DNA of 52,245 bases, the filler included, from Ginglymostoma cirratum (Eukaryota), in the NCBI GenBank assembly GCA_024137785.1. It is 2 parts of 2 records of this genome, joined end to end, with 100 filler letters (N's around TTAATTAATTAA, not from the genome) between each part and the next. Parts side by side here need not be neighbours in the genome. Positions count along the whole stretch, not along the records: positions 1 to 25,198 come from JAHRHZ010000062.1; positions 25,299 to 52,245 come from JAHRHZ010000271.1. One strand, 5' to 3'. A program made the translations under genes and the position numbers. The notes under the pieces were generated by a model that had not been told where the DNA came from, did no database searches, and saw only the letters and a program-made list of their open reading frames with translations. Shown here in pieces: positions 23,712 through 37,300 of this stretch. Each line of letters opens with the position of its first letter. The stretch's first letter is position 1.

Positions 23712-24965
23712 AGAATCATACAGTTGTACAGCACGGAAGCAGACCCTTCACTCCAATGCGTCCATGCCGACCAGCTATCCTAAATTAAACTAGTCCCATT
23801 TGCCAGCATTTAGCCCTTATCCCTCTAAACCCTTCCTTTTCATATACCTATCCAGAAGTTTTAAATGTTGTTTATAGTACCAGCCTCCACCACTTTCTCT
23901 GGCATCTCATTCCATACAAGCACTACCCTCTGTGTAAACAAGTTGCCCCTTAGGTCCCTTTTAAATCTTTCTCCTCTCACCTTAAACCCGTGCCCTCTAC
24001 TTTTGAACTCCCCCACCGCAGGGAAAAATCCTTGGCTATTCACCATATCCACACCCCTCGTGATTTTATAAACCTCTATAAAGGTCACCCCTCAGCCTCT
24101 GATGGTCCAGGGAAAATAGCCCCAGCCCCTTTAGCTCTATAGCCCCTATAGCTCAAACTCTCCAACCCTGACAACAACCTTCTAAATCTTTTCTGAACGC
24201 TTTCAAGTTTCACAACATTCTTCATGTAGGAGGGAGACCAGAATTGCATGCAGTATTCCAAAAGTGACCTAACCGATGTTCCGTAAAGGCACAACATAAC
24301 CCCACAACTCCTATATTCAATGCACTGACCAATAAAGGCTAGCATACCAAACACCTTCTTCACTATCCAGTCTACCTGCGACTCCACTTTCAAGGAACTA
24401 TGAACCTGCACTCTAAGGTCACCTTGTTCAGCAACACTCCCCAGGATCTTACCATTAAGTGCAAAAATCCTGCCCTGGTTTGCCTTTCCAAAATGCAGTA
24501 TCTCACAGTTATCTAAATTAAACTCCATCTGCTACTTCTCAGCCCATTGTCCAATGACCAAGATCCTGTTGTACGCTGAGGTAACCTGCTTCACCGTCCA
24601 CTACACCAATTTTGGTGTCACCTGCAAACTTACTAACCATACCTTCTATGTTCTAAAGCAGTAATCAAAATCATTTTACATAAATGACAAAAAGCAGTGC
24701 TCCCAGCACCGATCCTTGGGGCACACTGCTAGTCGCAAGTCTCCAGTCTGAAAAGCAATACTCCATCACCACCCTCTTGTCTTCTACCTTTGAGCCAGTT
24801 CTGTATCCAAATGGCTAGTTCTCCCTGTATTCCGTGTGATGTAACCTTGCTAACCAGTCTGCCATGAGGAACCTTGTCGAATGCCTTACTAAAGTCCACA
24901 TAGATCACGTCCACTACACTGCCCTCACCTATCCTCTTCGTTACTTTTACGTTACTTCTCAAACT
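23712..24965 (-). mobile_element. Relatively young 5'-truncated CR1 LINE
   Basis: ORFs VDVIYVDFSKAFDKVPHGRL, MEFNLDNCEILHFGK and SRGHGFKVRGERFKRDLRGNLFTQRVV. Confidence 0.9.
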
Positions 24966-25080
24966 CCTGAGCAAATTTTAAAAAATGTACAGGGTTTAAA
25001 ATACTATTTTTGTTTGAAGTGGACAGATTACTGCATTTGAATGCATATCCCTTCTGGCATGGACTACATAATGAACGAGA

Positions 25081-26088
25081 CAGCAAGAACTGCCGATGCT
25101 GGAGAATCGGAGATAGCAAGGTGTAGAGCTGGATGAACACAGCAGGCCAAGCAGCATCAGAGGAGCAGGAAAGCTGATGTTTCGGGTTGAGACCCTTTNN
25201 NNNNNNNNNNNNNNNNNNNNNNNNNNNNNNNNNNNNNNNNNNTTAATTAATTAANNNNNNNNNNNNNNNNNNNNNNNNNNNNNNNNNNNNNNNNNNNNCT
25301 GAGATAAAAGGTACTGCAGATGCTGGAGAATCCGAGATAACAAGCATGGGGCTGGATGAACACAGCAGGTCAAGCAGCATCATAGGAGCAGGAAAACTTG
25401 ACGTTTCGGGCCTAAACCCTTCATCAGAAATGGGGGNNNNNNNNNNNNNNNNNNNNNNNNNNNNNNNNNNNNNNNNNNNNNNNNNNNNNNNNNNNNNNNN
25501 NNNNNNNNNNNNNNNNNNNNNNNNNNNNNNNNNNNNNNNNNNNNNNNNNNNNNNNNNNNNNNNNNNNNNNNNNNNNNNNNNNNNNNNNNNNNNNNNNNNN
25601 NNNNNNNNNNNNNNNNNNNNNNNNNNNNNNNNNNNNNNNNNNNNNNNNNNNNNNNNNNNNNNNNNNNNNNNNNNNNNNNNNNNNNNNNNNNNNNNNNNNN
25701 NNNNNNNNNNNNNNNNNNNNNNNNNNNNNNNNNNNNNNNNNNNNNNNNNNNNNNNNNNNNNNNNNNNNNNNNNNNNNNNNNNNNNNNNNNNNNNNNNNNN
25801 NNNNNNNNNNNNNNNNNNNNNNNNNNNNNNNNNNNNGGACTGACCTATCTCCTCCCTACCCCCCTACCTACACTCACCTTTACTGGCTCCATCCCCGCCT
25901 CTTCGACTTGTCTGCCTCCTCTCCCCCTATCCATCCTCTATCCGCCTCCCCCTCTCTCCCTATTTATTTCAGAACCCTCTTCCCCTCCCCCATTTCTGAT
26001 GAAGGGTCTAGGCCCGAAATGTCAAGTTTTCCTGCTCCTATGATGCTGCTTGACCTGCTGTGTTCATCCAGCCCCATGCTTGTTATCT
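25081..26088. mobile_element. Penelope-derived repeats in inverted orientation spanning two assembly gaps, with minimal hammerhead motifs
   Basis: About 25334-25436 is the reverse complement of about 25987-26088. CTGATGA-stem-GAAA cores at 25400-25427 (-) and 25996-26023 (+). Confidence 0.75.
25396..25431 (-). ncRNA. Minimal type I hammerhead ribozyme motif
   Basis: attt-CUGAUGA-agggtttaggccc-GAAA-CGUC-aagt: intact core, stem II hairpin, palindromic ACGU stem III, GUC cleavage triplet and a 4-bp stem I. Confidence 0.7.
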
Positions 26089-27989
26089 CAGTCTTACTGA
26101 GTTGGCTGCACAACATGCAGTGTAACTAAGGGTTTACAGCAAGGCAGGAAAACAACCACACTTATGTTCACGCATTATAATGTTCTGCAATGTACTTCTT
26201 ACGTAATGCTTTTAATTCATCATCAGAAATTGCTCTCACTCCCAACAGGAATAAATCTGAAAGCACTAACATCTCACCCTGGCTTTGTAAAATTCAAATC
26301 GTTCTCAAGTCTAGTCAGAAAAATCAAGAATCACTGATTTTTTTTTAAACATACTTTGGCAGGTTAAACATTTACAAAAAAAAGGGTCGGTGCACAAGTT
26401 CCACTCCCAAACCCAGCTATCTCACTTTCCTGAGGACAGAAGGGCTGTTGTGCTTGTTTCGTGTAGTTCCCACTGAAATTGCAACCTGCTTTCAATGAAA
26501 TCAGAACTTGAATTCCCTGGCGTCTGGAACCTAGAATGTGTTGAGCAGTAGATTTCAGTTCAGTAGATTAGGCGAGTAGATTAAGTCAGTAGATTTCTTT
26601 TGGATAGCCAGGGATCCCCTTTGGAAAAGTAAGGTGCCTTTGCCGACATGTTCACTGGAGAAAATTGTGTATAAGTGATACCTAAATTCTTTGGAACATG
26701 TAAAGGACCGTCAATCAGTATCCAGAAGTGTCAAGCTGTATACTGTTGTGTGAGAATGCTTTTCTCAATGTAGTGTTGTCTGCAATTTAGAAATTTAAGT
26801 AGCAGAATTATATTTTTGTCCTACTTGCACTAATACTTGTGGATTTTATAATAAATTATTCACGGAATGAGGGCATCGCTAGCGAGGCCACCATTTCTCA
26901 TCCTTCCATAATTGTTCCTGGGAATTTTGTGATGAGCTGCCAATTTGGAACTGCTGCAGTCCTTAGGATATAAAAATACCACAGTGACAGCACCAGGGAC
27001 AGATATCGTGGGACCTGGAGCTTCTCCTAGCCCATATCCCCAGCCTCTGACCTGAACACCCCCACAGCCCAGACCTAAGCACACAGCAGCCATTCCAAAG
27101 CTTTAGGCACCAGCATTATCTGATGTAGCCCCAATCCCAGACTCTGTTGTTAGGGAGGGAGTTCCAGGATTTTGAACCAGCAACAATGAAAATATATTAA
27201 TGTCATTCCAAGTCAGGATGGTCTGTGACTTGAGGGGAAATTTGCAGGTGGTGGTGCTCCCATGCATCTACTGCCCTTGTCCTTCTAGCTGGTAGAGATT
27301 AGGGGTTTGAAGGTACAATATAAGGCACCTTAATGAGTTGTCACAGTGCATTTTGTAAACAGTATGCATTGCTCTACCATGTATTGATGTGGAGGAAGTG
27401 AACGTTGAAGATGATAGAAAGGGCTGCTTTGACTTGAATGATGTTGAGCTACTCGAGTGTTGGTGGAGTTCCACTCATTCTAGATAGTCAATGAATTGGC
27501 ATAGTAGGTGAATGCAAACAGAGTAGTTTGTGGAAATAAGAAGTAAATTGACATAACCGGTATGAAAGAGTCGGGTCTGCTGCAGTGCTGTAGTGAGGTT
27601 CAATGTAAGTTGGAAGAACATGATTTCATTTTCCATTCTAATGGATGAAGGACCTCAGTGGTTTACTGTTGCCTGTTCAGCTGACCAGGAAGCTTTCCCA
27701 CTTTTATCACCTGCCATACTGGAACAGCTTATCGGCCTGATAATCAATTTGCTTGGCCATGCCGTGAACACATCCTCTTAGCCAACAAGTCCTGGATCAG
27801 GACTTGAACCCAGAGCTTCAGGTCCAGAGCTAGAAATGCTCCAACTGTACCACAAAACCTCTGCTTGCTACCATTATAGCCTATCAACAATTAACTATTT
27901 GAGGTTGGTTGGCTTGCCGAGCTCAACACCCACAACCCGAGATACAGATCTACTCCAAAACCTTGAATTAACTATTTATTTTGACTTAC

Positions 27990-28080
27990 CACAAACAAGG
28001 CCACAGAAGAGTAATTGAGAGTAAAAATCACATATATATACAACACCACTGTTCTCGCAGAGAAAATGACGGAAGATGTG
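27990..28080 (-). other. Candidate first/leader exon of the Ig-superfamily gene
   Basis: Consensus donor G|gtaagt at 27990/27989. The phase-1 frame reads ...I-C-D-F-Y-S-Q-L-L-F-C-G-L-V-C-G, which would join ESKVTL of the V exon. An ETS/CRE-like CTTCCGTCA lies near 28070. There is no in-frame ATG (ATA at 28035-28033 is one base away). Confidence 0.3.
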
Positions 28081-28829
28081 TTCCTTTGCACTGGCTGTGT
28101 ACAAGCTGTATTGCAAACACTCCCAGTCTGATGAGTAGTTTGCTGATTTTGCCCTGTTGTTTCACTGTGCAAAGTTTGCACAAGGATGGAAATGAAAAAT
28201 GTGGTAAAGCATCAGTTTTGATTTTCCAAAATTCCTAAGATGCTGTAATGGCCTCTGTAAATTGTTATGTAGCAACAGTGACACTGTGATACAGGAAATG
28301 AGGAAGAGCAGAAACAGGGAACCTCAGGTCAGTTAGCATGACATCAATAATCAAGAAAATACTGGAGCCTGATATTAAGGATCATTTTAATCAATTTATA
28401 AATCATAGTATAGTCAGACATTATCAACAATGTTTTACAAAGGGAAATCATATTTGAAGAATTTATTCAAGTTTTTAAGATGTAATTGGGAGGTTAGATC
28501 AAGGCAGCAACTGTAGCATACTTGGATTTCAAAGGCTTTCAATGAGGCACCTCATACAAAGATAATGAGCAAGGTAAGGTCACATCACATTGGGAGTAAA
28601 ACATTAGCATGAATTGAACATTAGTTAACAGACGAGAAGCACCTAGTAGGGATAAATGAGAACATTTCAAATTGGCAGGGTATAATTGCCTCAAGGATCT
28701 GACCTCACAATCTACGTTAACGACTTGGACAAAGAGACCAAGAGTTCCTGATGATACAATGCCAGGTAGGAATTTAAGCTCTGAGGAGGACACAAATAGA
28801 CGACAAAGATAAAGGCAGGCTAAGTGAAT

Positions 28830-29639
28830 TGGCAGCAATGGGCTGACAAGTGGCAAGTGACATTCGCGCCACACAAATGCCAGGCTATGACCATCACCAA
28901 TAAGAGACAATCTAACCACCGCCCCTTGACATTCAATAGCGTTACAATCATTAAATCCCCCACTATCAACATCCTGGGAGTCACCATTGACCAGAAACTC
29001 AACTGGACTCACCACATAAACACATTGGCTACAAGAACAGGCCAGAAGCTGGGAATACTTCGGTGAATAATTAATCTCCTGATCAAAGCCTGTCCACCAT
29101 CTACAAGGTACAAGTCAGGAGTGTGATGGAATAATCCCCACTTGCCTGGATGAGTGCAGCCCCAACAACACTCAAGAAGCTTGGCATCATCCAGGACAAA
29201 GCAACCCGCTTGGTTGGCACTACATCCACAAGCATTCACTCCCTCCACCACTGATGCTCAGTAGCAGCAGTGTGTACTATCTACAAGATGCACTGCAGAA
29301 ATTCTCCAAAGATCCTCAGGCAGCACCTTCCAAACCCATAACCACTTCCATATAGAAGGACAAGGGCAGCAGATATATGGGAAAGCCACCACCTCCAAGT
29401 TCCCCTCCAAGTCACTCACCATTCTGACTTGGAAATATATCTCCATTCCTTCACTGTCGCTGGGTCAAAATCCTGGAATTGCCTCCCTAGTAGCATTGTG
29501 GGTCAACCCACAACAGGAAGACTGTAGTGGTTCAAGAAGGCAGCTCACCATCACCTTCTCAAGGGCAACTAGGGATGGGCAAGAAATGCTGGCCAGCCAG
29601 CGACGCGCACATCCCGCAAAAAACGAATGGAAAAAAAAA
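28830..29639 (+). mobile_element. Young CR1/L2-group LINE 3' end nested in an older CR1 (about 28190-30420)
   Basis: WADKWQVTFAPHKCQAMTI...ILGVTIDQKLNWTHHI with an A-rich tail at 29631-29639. Confidence 0.8.
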
Positions 29640-30606
29640 CAAGGTGACAAGGCTACATGTGTATCATGTAGAGAAAATTCAATGCTGAAAGTTGGCTTAC
29701 AGAAACACTAAGCAGCTAAGAAAGAAGATTATATATTGGTCTTTAGTGTAAGGGAATTGGAATACAAGAATAAGAACAGTTGTGAGGTTGAGAAGGACTT
29801 TGCTAAACTCAACCCTGAAGTACAATGCAATTTTGGTATTTAGATCTTAGAAAGGATGCGTTTGCCCTGGAGGCAAGGGCAAGGGAAATTTAGAATGCGC
29901 CTCAAACGCTGTATTTAGTGACGCTATTTCCATTCAGAGAAAATAAGAAAAGAAAGTATTCCAGAGGTTTACTAGATTGGTTCCTGAGGTGACAGATCAT
30001 GCTATGATGGGAAGATGGTGAGTAAATTGGGTCTGTACTCTCTGTAGTTTAGATGAAGAGGGACGGGATTTAAATATACAAGATTCTGACGAAGCTTAAA
30101 AATTAAATAGACACAGAAAGGTTGTTCTTCCTGGCTGGTGAACCTGGGACTCAGGGGCATAGTCTCAAGATACGAGGCCTTATCCATTAAGAGTAAGGGG
30201 GCAAAATCACATCAAAAAGGATAGTAAATCTTTGGAATTTTCTAACACAGGGGGTTTTGGATGCTCAATTGTTGTGTATATTCAATGCTGGAATCACTAG
30301 ATCTTTTATCTTTCAAGGAATGAAGGGACATGGGAAAGTGGAGGTAAGACAGAAGGTCAGTCAGGACGGTGTCAAATGGAAGGATTCTATTATCTACTCC
30401 TGCTCCTAGTTTTTACACACTAATTTTATATCCATTCCTAATGTTGCTTTCCACTCTTACATTCTTCTCTCAGACAACAGTGAGAAGTCGTAGATGAATT
30501 TGCAAGCTAATTACCAGTCTAATGGACCACAGTATAAATCTCCTTCAATGGTCACAATCTTTATACCAGTTTATATTTACAGTTTGCACAGCAGGACAGT
30601 GTTATG

Positions 30607-30704
30607 ATTTTCTGATGAAGGGTTTAGGCCCGAAACATCAAGTTTTCCTGCTCCTATGATGCTGCTTGACCTGCTGTGTCCATCCAGCCCCATGCTTGTT
30701 ATCT
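30607..30704 (+). mobile_element. 98-bp hammerhead-containing Penelope-derived insertion with 14-bp TSD
   Basis: AGGACAGTGTTATG at 30593-30606 and 30705-30718. The core CTGATGA...GAAA lies at 30612-30635. Confidence 0.85.
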
Positions 30705-30944
30705 AGGACAGTGTTATGGACTTGCACAATATAAGATGAGGTAAGGGGCCACCAGTACTTATTAAATATGGTTCAGAGTTGGAGCTGTGTTCTCCATTCA
30801 CCAAGATTGTCTGGATTAGAGTTCAAACTCTTTATCTTCTGACATATTGGTACAAAAGTCAATGGAACATTAACCAAACCAGTAGTGTTGGCATTTTTAA
30901 CTTTCCCTACCTTTTGTTAATCAATAACAATAGATGAGTGTGCT

Positions 30945-31325
30945 GAGAGAAGAGGTTGGTATGGTATTAATGTCACTGGCCTAGTAATCCAGAAGATTTA
31001 TGCTAATGCCCTGAGAACATGGGTTCAAGTCTCCCTCAACATTAATGTAGTTTCAATTAAACAAATAAAACCGGAATACGAAGGTGGTCTCTGTAGTGAT
31101 AACTATTTGTTTTTGTTGTAAAAACCCATCTGGTTCACTAATATGCTTTTGGGAAGGAAATCTACTGTCCTTTCCTAATCTAGCCTACATGTAACTCCTG
31201 ACCCAAGGCAATACAGTTGACTCTTTGCGGCCCTCTGAAATAGCCTAGCGATCCATTTAACGGCTGCTGGGGGTGGAAGATAAATGCAGTCCTCGTCAGG
31301 AATATGCACCAATGCACGAGGAAAA
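30945..31325 (+). mobile_element. tRNA-derived SINE with LINE-like tail
   Basis: A/B-box-like gtcactggcctagtaatccag...gggttcaag and core aaaacccatctggttcactaat. Related copies lie at about 34490-34850 and 2700-2860. Confidence 0.6.
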
Positions 31326-31386
31326 GAGATAAAATGAAAACCATCAGCAAGGCAACAACCCAAGATTCTGTCAAAGTCCTCACCTT

Positions 31387-31921
31387 CTAGGCATGTTGTA
31401 GAATGTCATGTAGTTTTTCTTCATAGAATGTGCAGCTGTCTTGAAGGTCTTCCCAAGGTGTGAAAGCCTCCCCCTCATTGTCAACGTAGGTGTTCCAGCA
31501 ATAATTATACTCTGGACCCTTCATGATCCTCAATCGGCAGCCAGCTGCTTGCAGTTGCCGAAGGCCCTGATGGATTTCAGGCTCTTCCCACATGAACAAG
31601 CGCGCCATGAAGATGGTGAGCTCCACATTGGGGCACTTGCTGAGGTACTCAGCGATTTTGGCAGCACACACCGTGCAAGGACTGGAGGACACGTACCAAA
31701 TAATGGAGTATTTCAGGCTCCCATCACACTCTGTGAATATATCTGTGAAGAAGACTTTTTCTGCGTGTGTGCCTGCATGCTCATCCTCCACATAGCCCTC
31801 TGACCTCTCACATTCCTTGCCCTGTTTCTCCACTGAATAGCACAAAAAGGTTTTGTGCCGCCCTGAAGAATATTCTACGTTTTTGAAATGGAATTTGAAG
31901 AAAGCGGATGGCATGTGTTGC
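31387..31921 (-). CDS. APOBEC2: APOBEC2 coding exon 2 (cytidine deaminase-like domain)
   Basis: Acceptor tcttttccag|G. Translation contains FFKFHFKNVEYSSGRHKTFLCY, HAE, WYVSSSPCTVC and ARLFMWEEPEI, which are APOBEC2 signatures. Stop TAG at 31389-31387 is followed by AAG|gtgagg, a donor to a non-coding 3' exon. Exons 1+2 total 669 nt, 222 aa. Confidence 0.96.
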
Positions 31922-34900
31922 CTGGAAAAGAAAGATACAAGAAAATATTCAGTCTCATTTATAACAAGTATACATACATCAGAAAGACATCCAGAAGAAT
32001 TTTGAAATATTTTGTTCCACACAAAGAATGCATTTACTGCATTAAAATATCCCAAAACAGTGTTCCCAGCAAAGAAGTACAACCACAGAAGGAAATATTA
32101 AACCAGCTGGACAAAAGCATGGTCAGAGGTCAATTTAAGGAGCATTTTAAAATGAGAAGCAAGAGGCAGAGATGAGGTTTGGGAAGAGAATTGCACAGCT
32201 TAGAATTTAGGCGGATATGAGGCACTACTGCCAGGAATGGAGAAAAACAAGAGGCCAGAAATGAAGGAGTACACATAGCAATATCTGGTTAGATGTTCTG
32301 AAGAAGGGTCACTGGACCCCAAAACGTTAACTCTGACTTCTCTCCACAGATGTAGTAAGACCTTCTGAGCTTTTCCAGCAATTTCTGTTTTTGTTAGAAA
32401 TTTGGTTTGATTGAGAAGTAAGCATAGTTAATTAGGTAAGACACAATAAATGTTAAAAACATTTAAAGACTAAGATTCATGTGGGAGATAACTATTAAAA
32501 ATTTCGTCACAACTAACAAAAAAAACTTAGAAGTGGATGTGGAGATGATACTCAGGTTCTATTCATTGCTAATGCTCAGCACAGACAACGTAAAATGAAC
32601 AATAGTTTAATACTAAACAGGCTGGAAAGACACACACCAATATTACTCTTGGACATGAAAGTAAATTGTTAATGACTGGAAACAAAAGGTCACGCAGCAT
32701 CCATGGAGATGGAACAAGCTGACGTTTTGAGTCTAGATGACTCTTCATCAGAGCTAACATGAAGTGTGGAGGGAGCAGCACTTATGCAATAGTGGGGAAG
32801 TGGGAATGCTGGGGGAGAAAGGATGTTGGTAGTGATCAGAATGGGAGAATGGCAGAAAAATGGTGTATCTAACTGCCAAACTGGAAATCACAGACAGTCC
32901 CATTGGAGTGGGGGTAGGAGAAAGAGGACAGGCTGAAAGAGAAGATTACTGGAACCATCCAACAGATGGGAATTGTAATGCTTCTTATCATATGAATACC
33001 TTCAGAATCCAGAATAAGCCAAAACTCATGACGACAAAGAAATGAAACATCTTTACTGATAAACCTTTAATGAAGGATTCTTTTAAATTGGAAGGAGAAA
33101 GGAGAGATGAAAGGAATATCTAAAAATGAGTATAAAACACCTCAAACAAATTGACTAGATAACTGGCTTCACAAAAGAATCTTCACCAAAAAATTAAGAA
33201 ATGGTGCTAAATGATACATAAAAGTAGAAGGAAAGTAAACACAGGGTTAATGCCACCATTTATAAAAGCAGGAGGGGTCAAAATAATATAAAAATAAAAC
33301 CCATTTCACTGAAATGTCAGGCGTTTTAGAAGCCCTCAGATAATACTTCTCAAAATTTTCTCCCACCAAGAGAAGATATCTCACTTGCTGAGAGCTTTAA
33401 GGTAAAAGTTTAAATGTTCATGGATATTTTAATCTTAGATAATCTAGGACTGGTATACTGTTGTGCCAAAATAAAAACTATCAAAAGATGCAAAACTAAA
33501 GTGAAGACAATCCAGGTTGATGTTATTTATAACTGTCCAAGATTATGTAAGATTAGAATATTCATGAACGTTTAAATTGTATAGCTTGTTCATTTCTGTT
33601 AATAAATTTGTAAGATTAGTAAATCATCTAAGTTTTTCCGTTACAACCGTAATGAACTTCAATATTTTATACGTTGCCTTAAGTGGGGAAATGTATTTAC
33701 TGAAGAGAGAAATCCTGGACCCTTAATATATCTGGGACTTTTGTAGCATACCTAAGGCTTATTAAAATTTAGCAGGTTACTTGGAGAAAAGTAACATTCT
33801 TAGGCAGCTTATTTTCCTGCAGGATCATACAATCCCTACAGTGTGGAAGCAGGTCATTTGGCCCATCAAGTCCACACTGACCCTTCAAAGACCATCCCAA
33901 CCAGACCCAACCTATCTCTGTAACCCCACATTTCCTATGGCTAATCCATTCAGCCAGTAGAAGTGGCTGAAAATCAACCGTAGATAGTGCTGTGTGGCAG
34001 TGGTGCTAACCACTAAATAACCATGGTTATTTACATCTTTCATGCCAAAATCTAAATGTTTGTGGAATTGGCTAGCTTGAACTCAGCAGAAAGAAGTTAT
34101 CAGGGACGTACTCCTGATCTAAGTTGGCTCTAAATAAGAGGTACAAGTTGTAAGTTACTTCATTAATGGGTCTCAGGGCTGAAAGTGTTACAGATTATCA
34201 GCACTACTGCTCAAAGTGATTTCCGTCTAATACATACCAAATGACCTGTTTTCTAACATCTAATTCTTGACTGAATCTGTGCATCAGCCTCAGCCAGATT
34301 GTAACTTCCCGACTTCTGAGTAATTTGATTCTTTCTCCGAGACTAAATGCATAAATTGGTCTGACTCCAATGAAATACTAAGAGAGTGTCATAGAGACAA
34401 GTATTATCGTCCAGATAAGAGAATAAACAAAGGCCACAGCTATGTGTTCTTGTGGATATCGCCTTGAATTGATATAGTATATTGTTACAGCTAAGGGGGA
34501 AGTGTACTGATATTGTCACCGGACTAGTAAACCAGAGGCCTAGACTAAAGGTGTGGGCCATGGGTTCAAATCCTACCATGGCAGGATGTGGGATTTAAAT
34601 TTGTTCAATAAATTTGGAATTATAAATTATTCTTCATAATCATGACTGTATAGTCAATGCCGATGGTCATGCCATACTATCTGGTTTCACTAATACCCTT
34701 GAGAGAAGGTGATGTGGATTTTAACCAGGTCTGACCTACATGTGACTCCAGATCCATGGACTTAAAATGGCCGAGTAAGCCCCACAGTTTATAGAAAACA
34801 AACGTTGGCCTTGCAAGAAACAGCCCACAATTTCATGAAAGAAAGGAAAATCTCTGAAATGACTTTTGAAGTATGGAATCATCATTGTATGATAAATGAA

Positions 34901-35969
34901 AGAATCCATTTATACACTAAGTCCCACAGATAACAACCAGAGATGTTTATCGAAGGATGAAGCTTGGGACAAGATCTTCATTTGAAAAGGCGGCAAGTGC
35001 CTCAGTAAGAGATTGACACATGAAGATTGGCACCTCTAACATTGCAGCACTCCTTCAATATCGCATTGGAGTGCCTACCTAGACTATAAGGTGCAGAGCT
35101 AGAGTCTCTTGAACTAAAACCTCTGACTCAGAAGCGAAAGTAACTTACTAATTTGCAGCTGTAGGCCTCCTCGTGGCAATATCGAAAGAAAAACTGAGCA
35201 TCCATTACACCTCCATCAGAATCACTCTGAAACTGATTAATTATCCGTTATCTAATCACTGTTAATGCTATACCGTTATGTATAGGATAGTTGTCAAAAA
35301 AAATCTGTTTCTGTACGTTAGAGTAAGTACAAAGTAATTCATCGTCTGTGAAATTTACTTTGCAGATTTGACAAAAGGCCTCTATCAAATTAGGGTTTTT
35401 ATTATATGCAATTAAATAGTCTCACAAAATGTGATCAAAGCATTCACATTGTACTGTAACAGTAATTAAATCAGTTTAAAATTAAAAGTCAGTCCCTCCT
35501 GGGTATTATGAGCGATAAAACACCACTCTGCGCTTGGAGGCATTTTTCTAATGTCACTGTTCAGGTGATATGGTAAAGTCACTGCATCAAAAAGATGTTT
35601 GAAATGTGCCCACCAACTCAACTCCCATCTGAACCTTACAACAGAGTTTCTGCTTGGGATTTTAGGTTTTTATTCTGTCACACATCATACTCTCTAACGA
35701 AGCCTGGAACACTTTGTTCTAGCTTTTACAGTATCTCAATCAATGGAATTTCGCATTTATTTTTAACTTTCCTTATCTCAGCTGTGCTGGCAGGAAGAGA
35801 CACCAGAGGATTAACATTTCACTGTCAAGTGAAAGGCAGTGTTGAAGGAAGAATGTAGCTCGGTTATTCTCTCAGACACAAGACCAATTCAGTTACCCAT
35901 GTTCTTTAATGGCGCATTTCATTTGATCCTTTCAGTGTACTAGCCTCATATAACAGCATCAGTGACCAA

Positions 35970-37300
35970 GTATTAGAATTACAGAATCATAAACCATATC
36001 ACACAGGAGTTAGCCAGCAAGCCCATCGTTTCTCTGCTGGTTCATCAATAAAAGAAAATTGTTTCATCCACCTCATCCTTTTCTTTTTTTAACCCTGTAA
36101 ATTCCTCATTTCTAAGTACCTGTTTAGTTCCCTTTATATAATTATTTATGACATCAACTTCCATCATATCTTTGGGTAGAGTGTTCCAAATTCCCAACAA
36201 TTTCTCTCATCTCTCCTCTAGATTGTTTTGCCACTGATTTGGAATCTATCACAACTAGTGATTAAGAGACTTGTCAGTTTGAATAATTTTTGTCTATCTA
36301 TTTTTTAAAAAATCTTTGATCACCTCAATAAACTCAGTCAGGTCCACTCTAGCCTTTGTTTCAAGGGGAACAGTTTCAACTCATATCATGATTGAAGTTC
36401 CTCTCCTTTATAACCTCTTGGTGAACTTCCTACGCATCCTTTCTCAGGCCTTTACATTTCTCCTGAAGTGTACTTCCCAAAATTGTCCATAATATTCCAG
36501 TGATCTATAAGTTTCTAGTATTGACTGTTTGCACATATGTTCTATTCCTCTATAAACCCGAGTAACTCAACTGCTTCATTTTAAACGAATTTATCAGTTT
36601 GCCCTGCTACATTTACTGACTTCTATTTATAAACACAAAGGTCTCTGTGCTCATTTAAACTTTCCAAATTGTGTAATAACCAGCAAACTGTTTTCCAATA
36701 ATAGATCTTGCAAAGCATATCATTTCACATCTTTCTACACTGAACTGTGTACACTGCGCTTCCACCCATTTCACCATCATACTTTTATCATCATGAAGTC
36801 TACAACTATTTTCATCATTATCCTCTAAATTTGCGAAGGTTTGTGTTGTCTACAAACCTTACAATGCTGATCCCTACATGTGAATCTAGTCTGTCAAATT
36901 TGGGACAGGTAATAAAGACAAAACTGATCCTTGAGGAGCACCATGAGGAGATACCTCATTGTGAAAAACATTCATTCATCCCCATTCTGTACGTCCTATA
37001 GCTAACATAAGACTGCATTCGTATCCTCACTTTCTCCTTTATACCACAGCTTCCCTGAACCTATTAATGGCTTTCAATAACCTCTCCACTACCAGTGTTA
37101 GACTGCCTGATCCGTAGTTTCCCATTGTTATGATCCCCACTTTTTTGGCAAGTTCTATAACATTAGTTATCCTCCAATCCTCCTCACCATTCTGGAATTC
37201 AATCAGAATTGAAAAATTTGGATCAATGCCTCTGCTACTTATACCCTTGCTTATTTTAGCAACAGCTTCATTTTATCTAGACCAAGTGACTCAGCAAAGT
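35970..37300 (-). mobile_element. Old CR1 LINE remnant in the APOBEC2 intron
   Basis: Degenerate antisense RT motifs (ttgtgttgtctacaaac = FVDNTN; accagtgttagactg). Confidence 0.55.

Noticed and set aside
25199-25298. TTAATTAATTAA island in the middle of N runs
   Set aside because: 44 N + 12 nt + 44 N makes a 100-bp gap containing a six-frame-stop linker. It is a scaffolding artefact, and the ORF 25346-25843 is likewise only gap read-through.
26278-26310. 33-nt AG...GT-bounded candidate micro-exon
   Set aside because: It has no ATG, has internal stops in two frames and creates a stop at the junction with the candidate first exon in the third.
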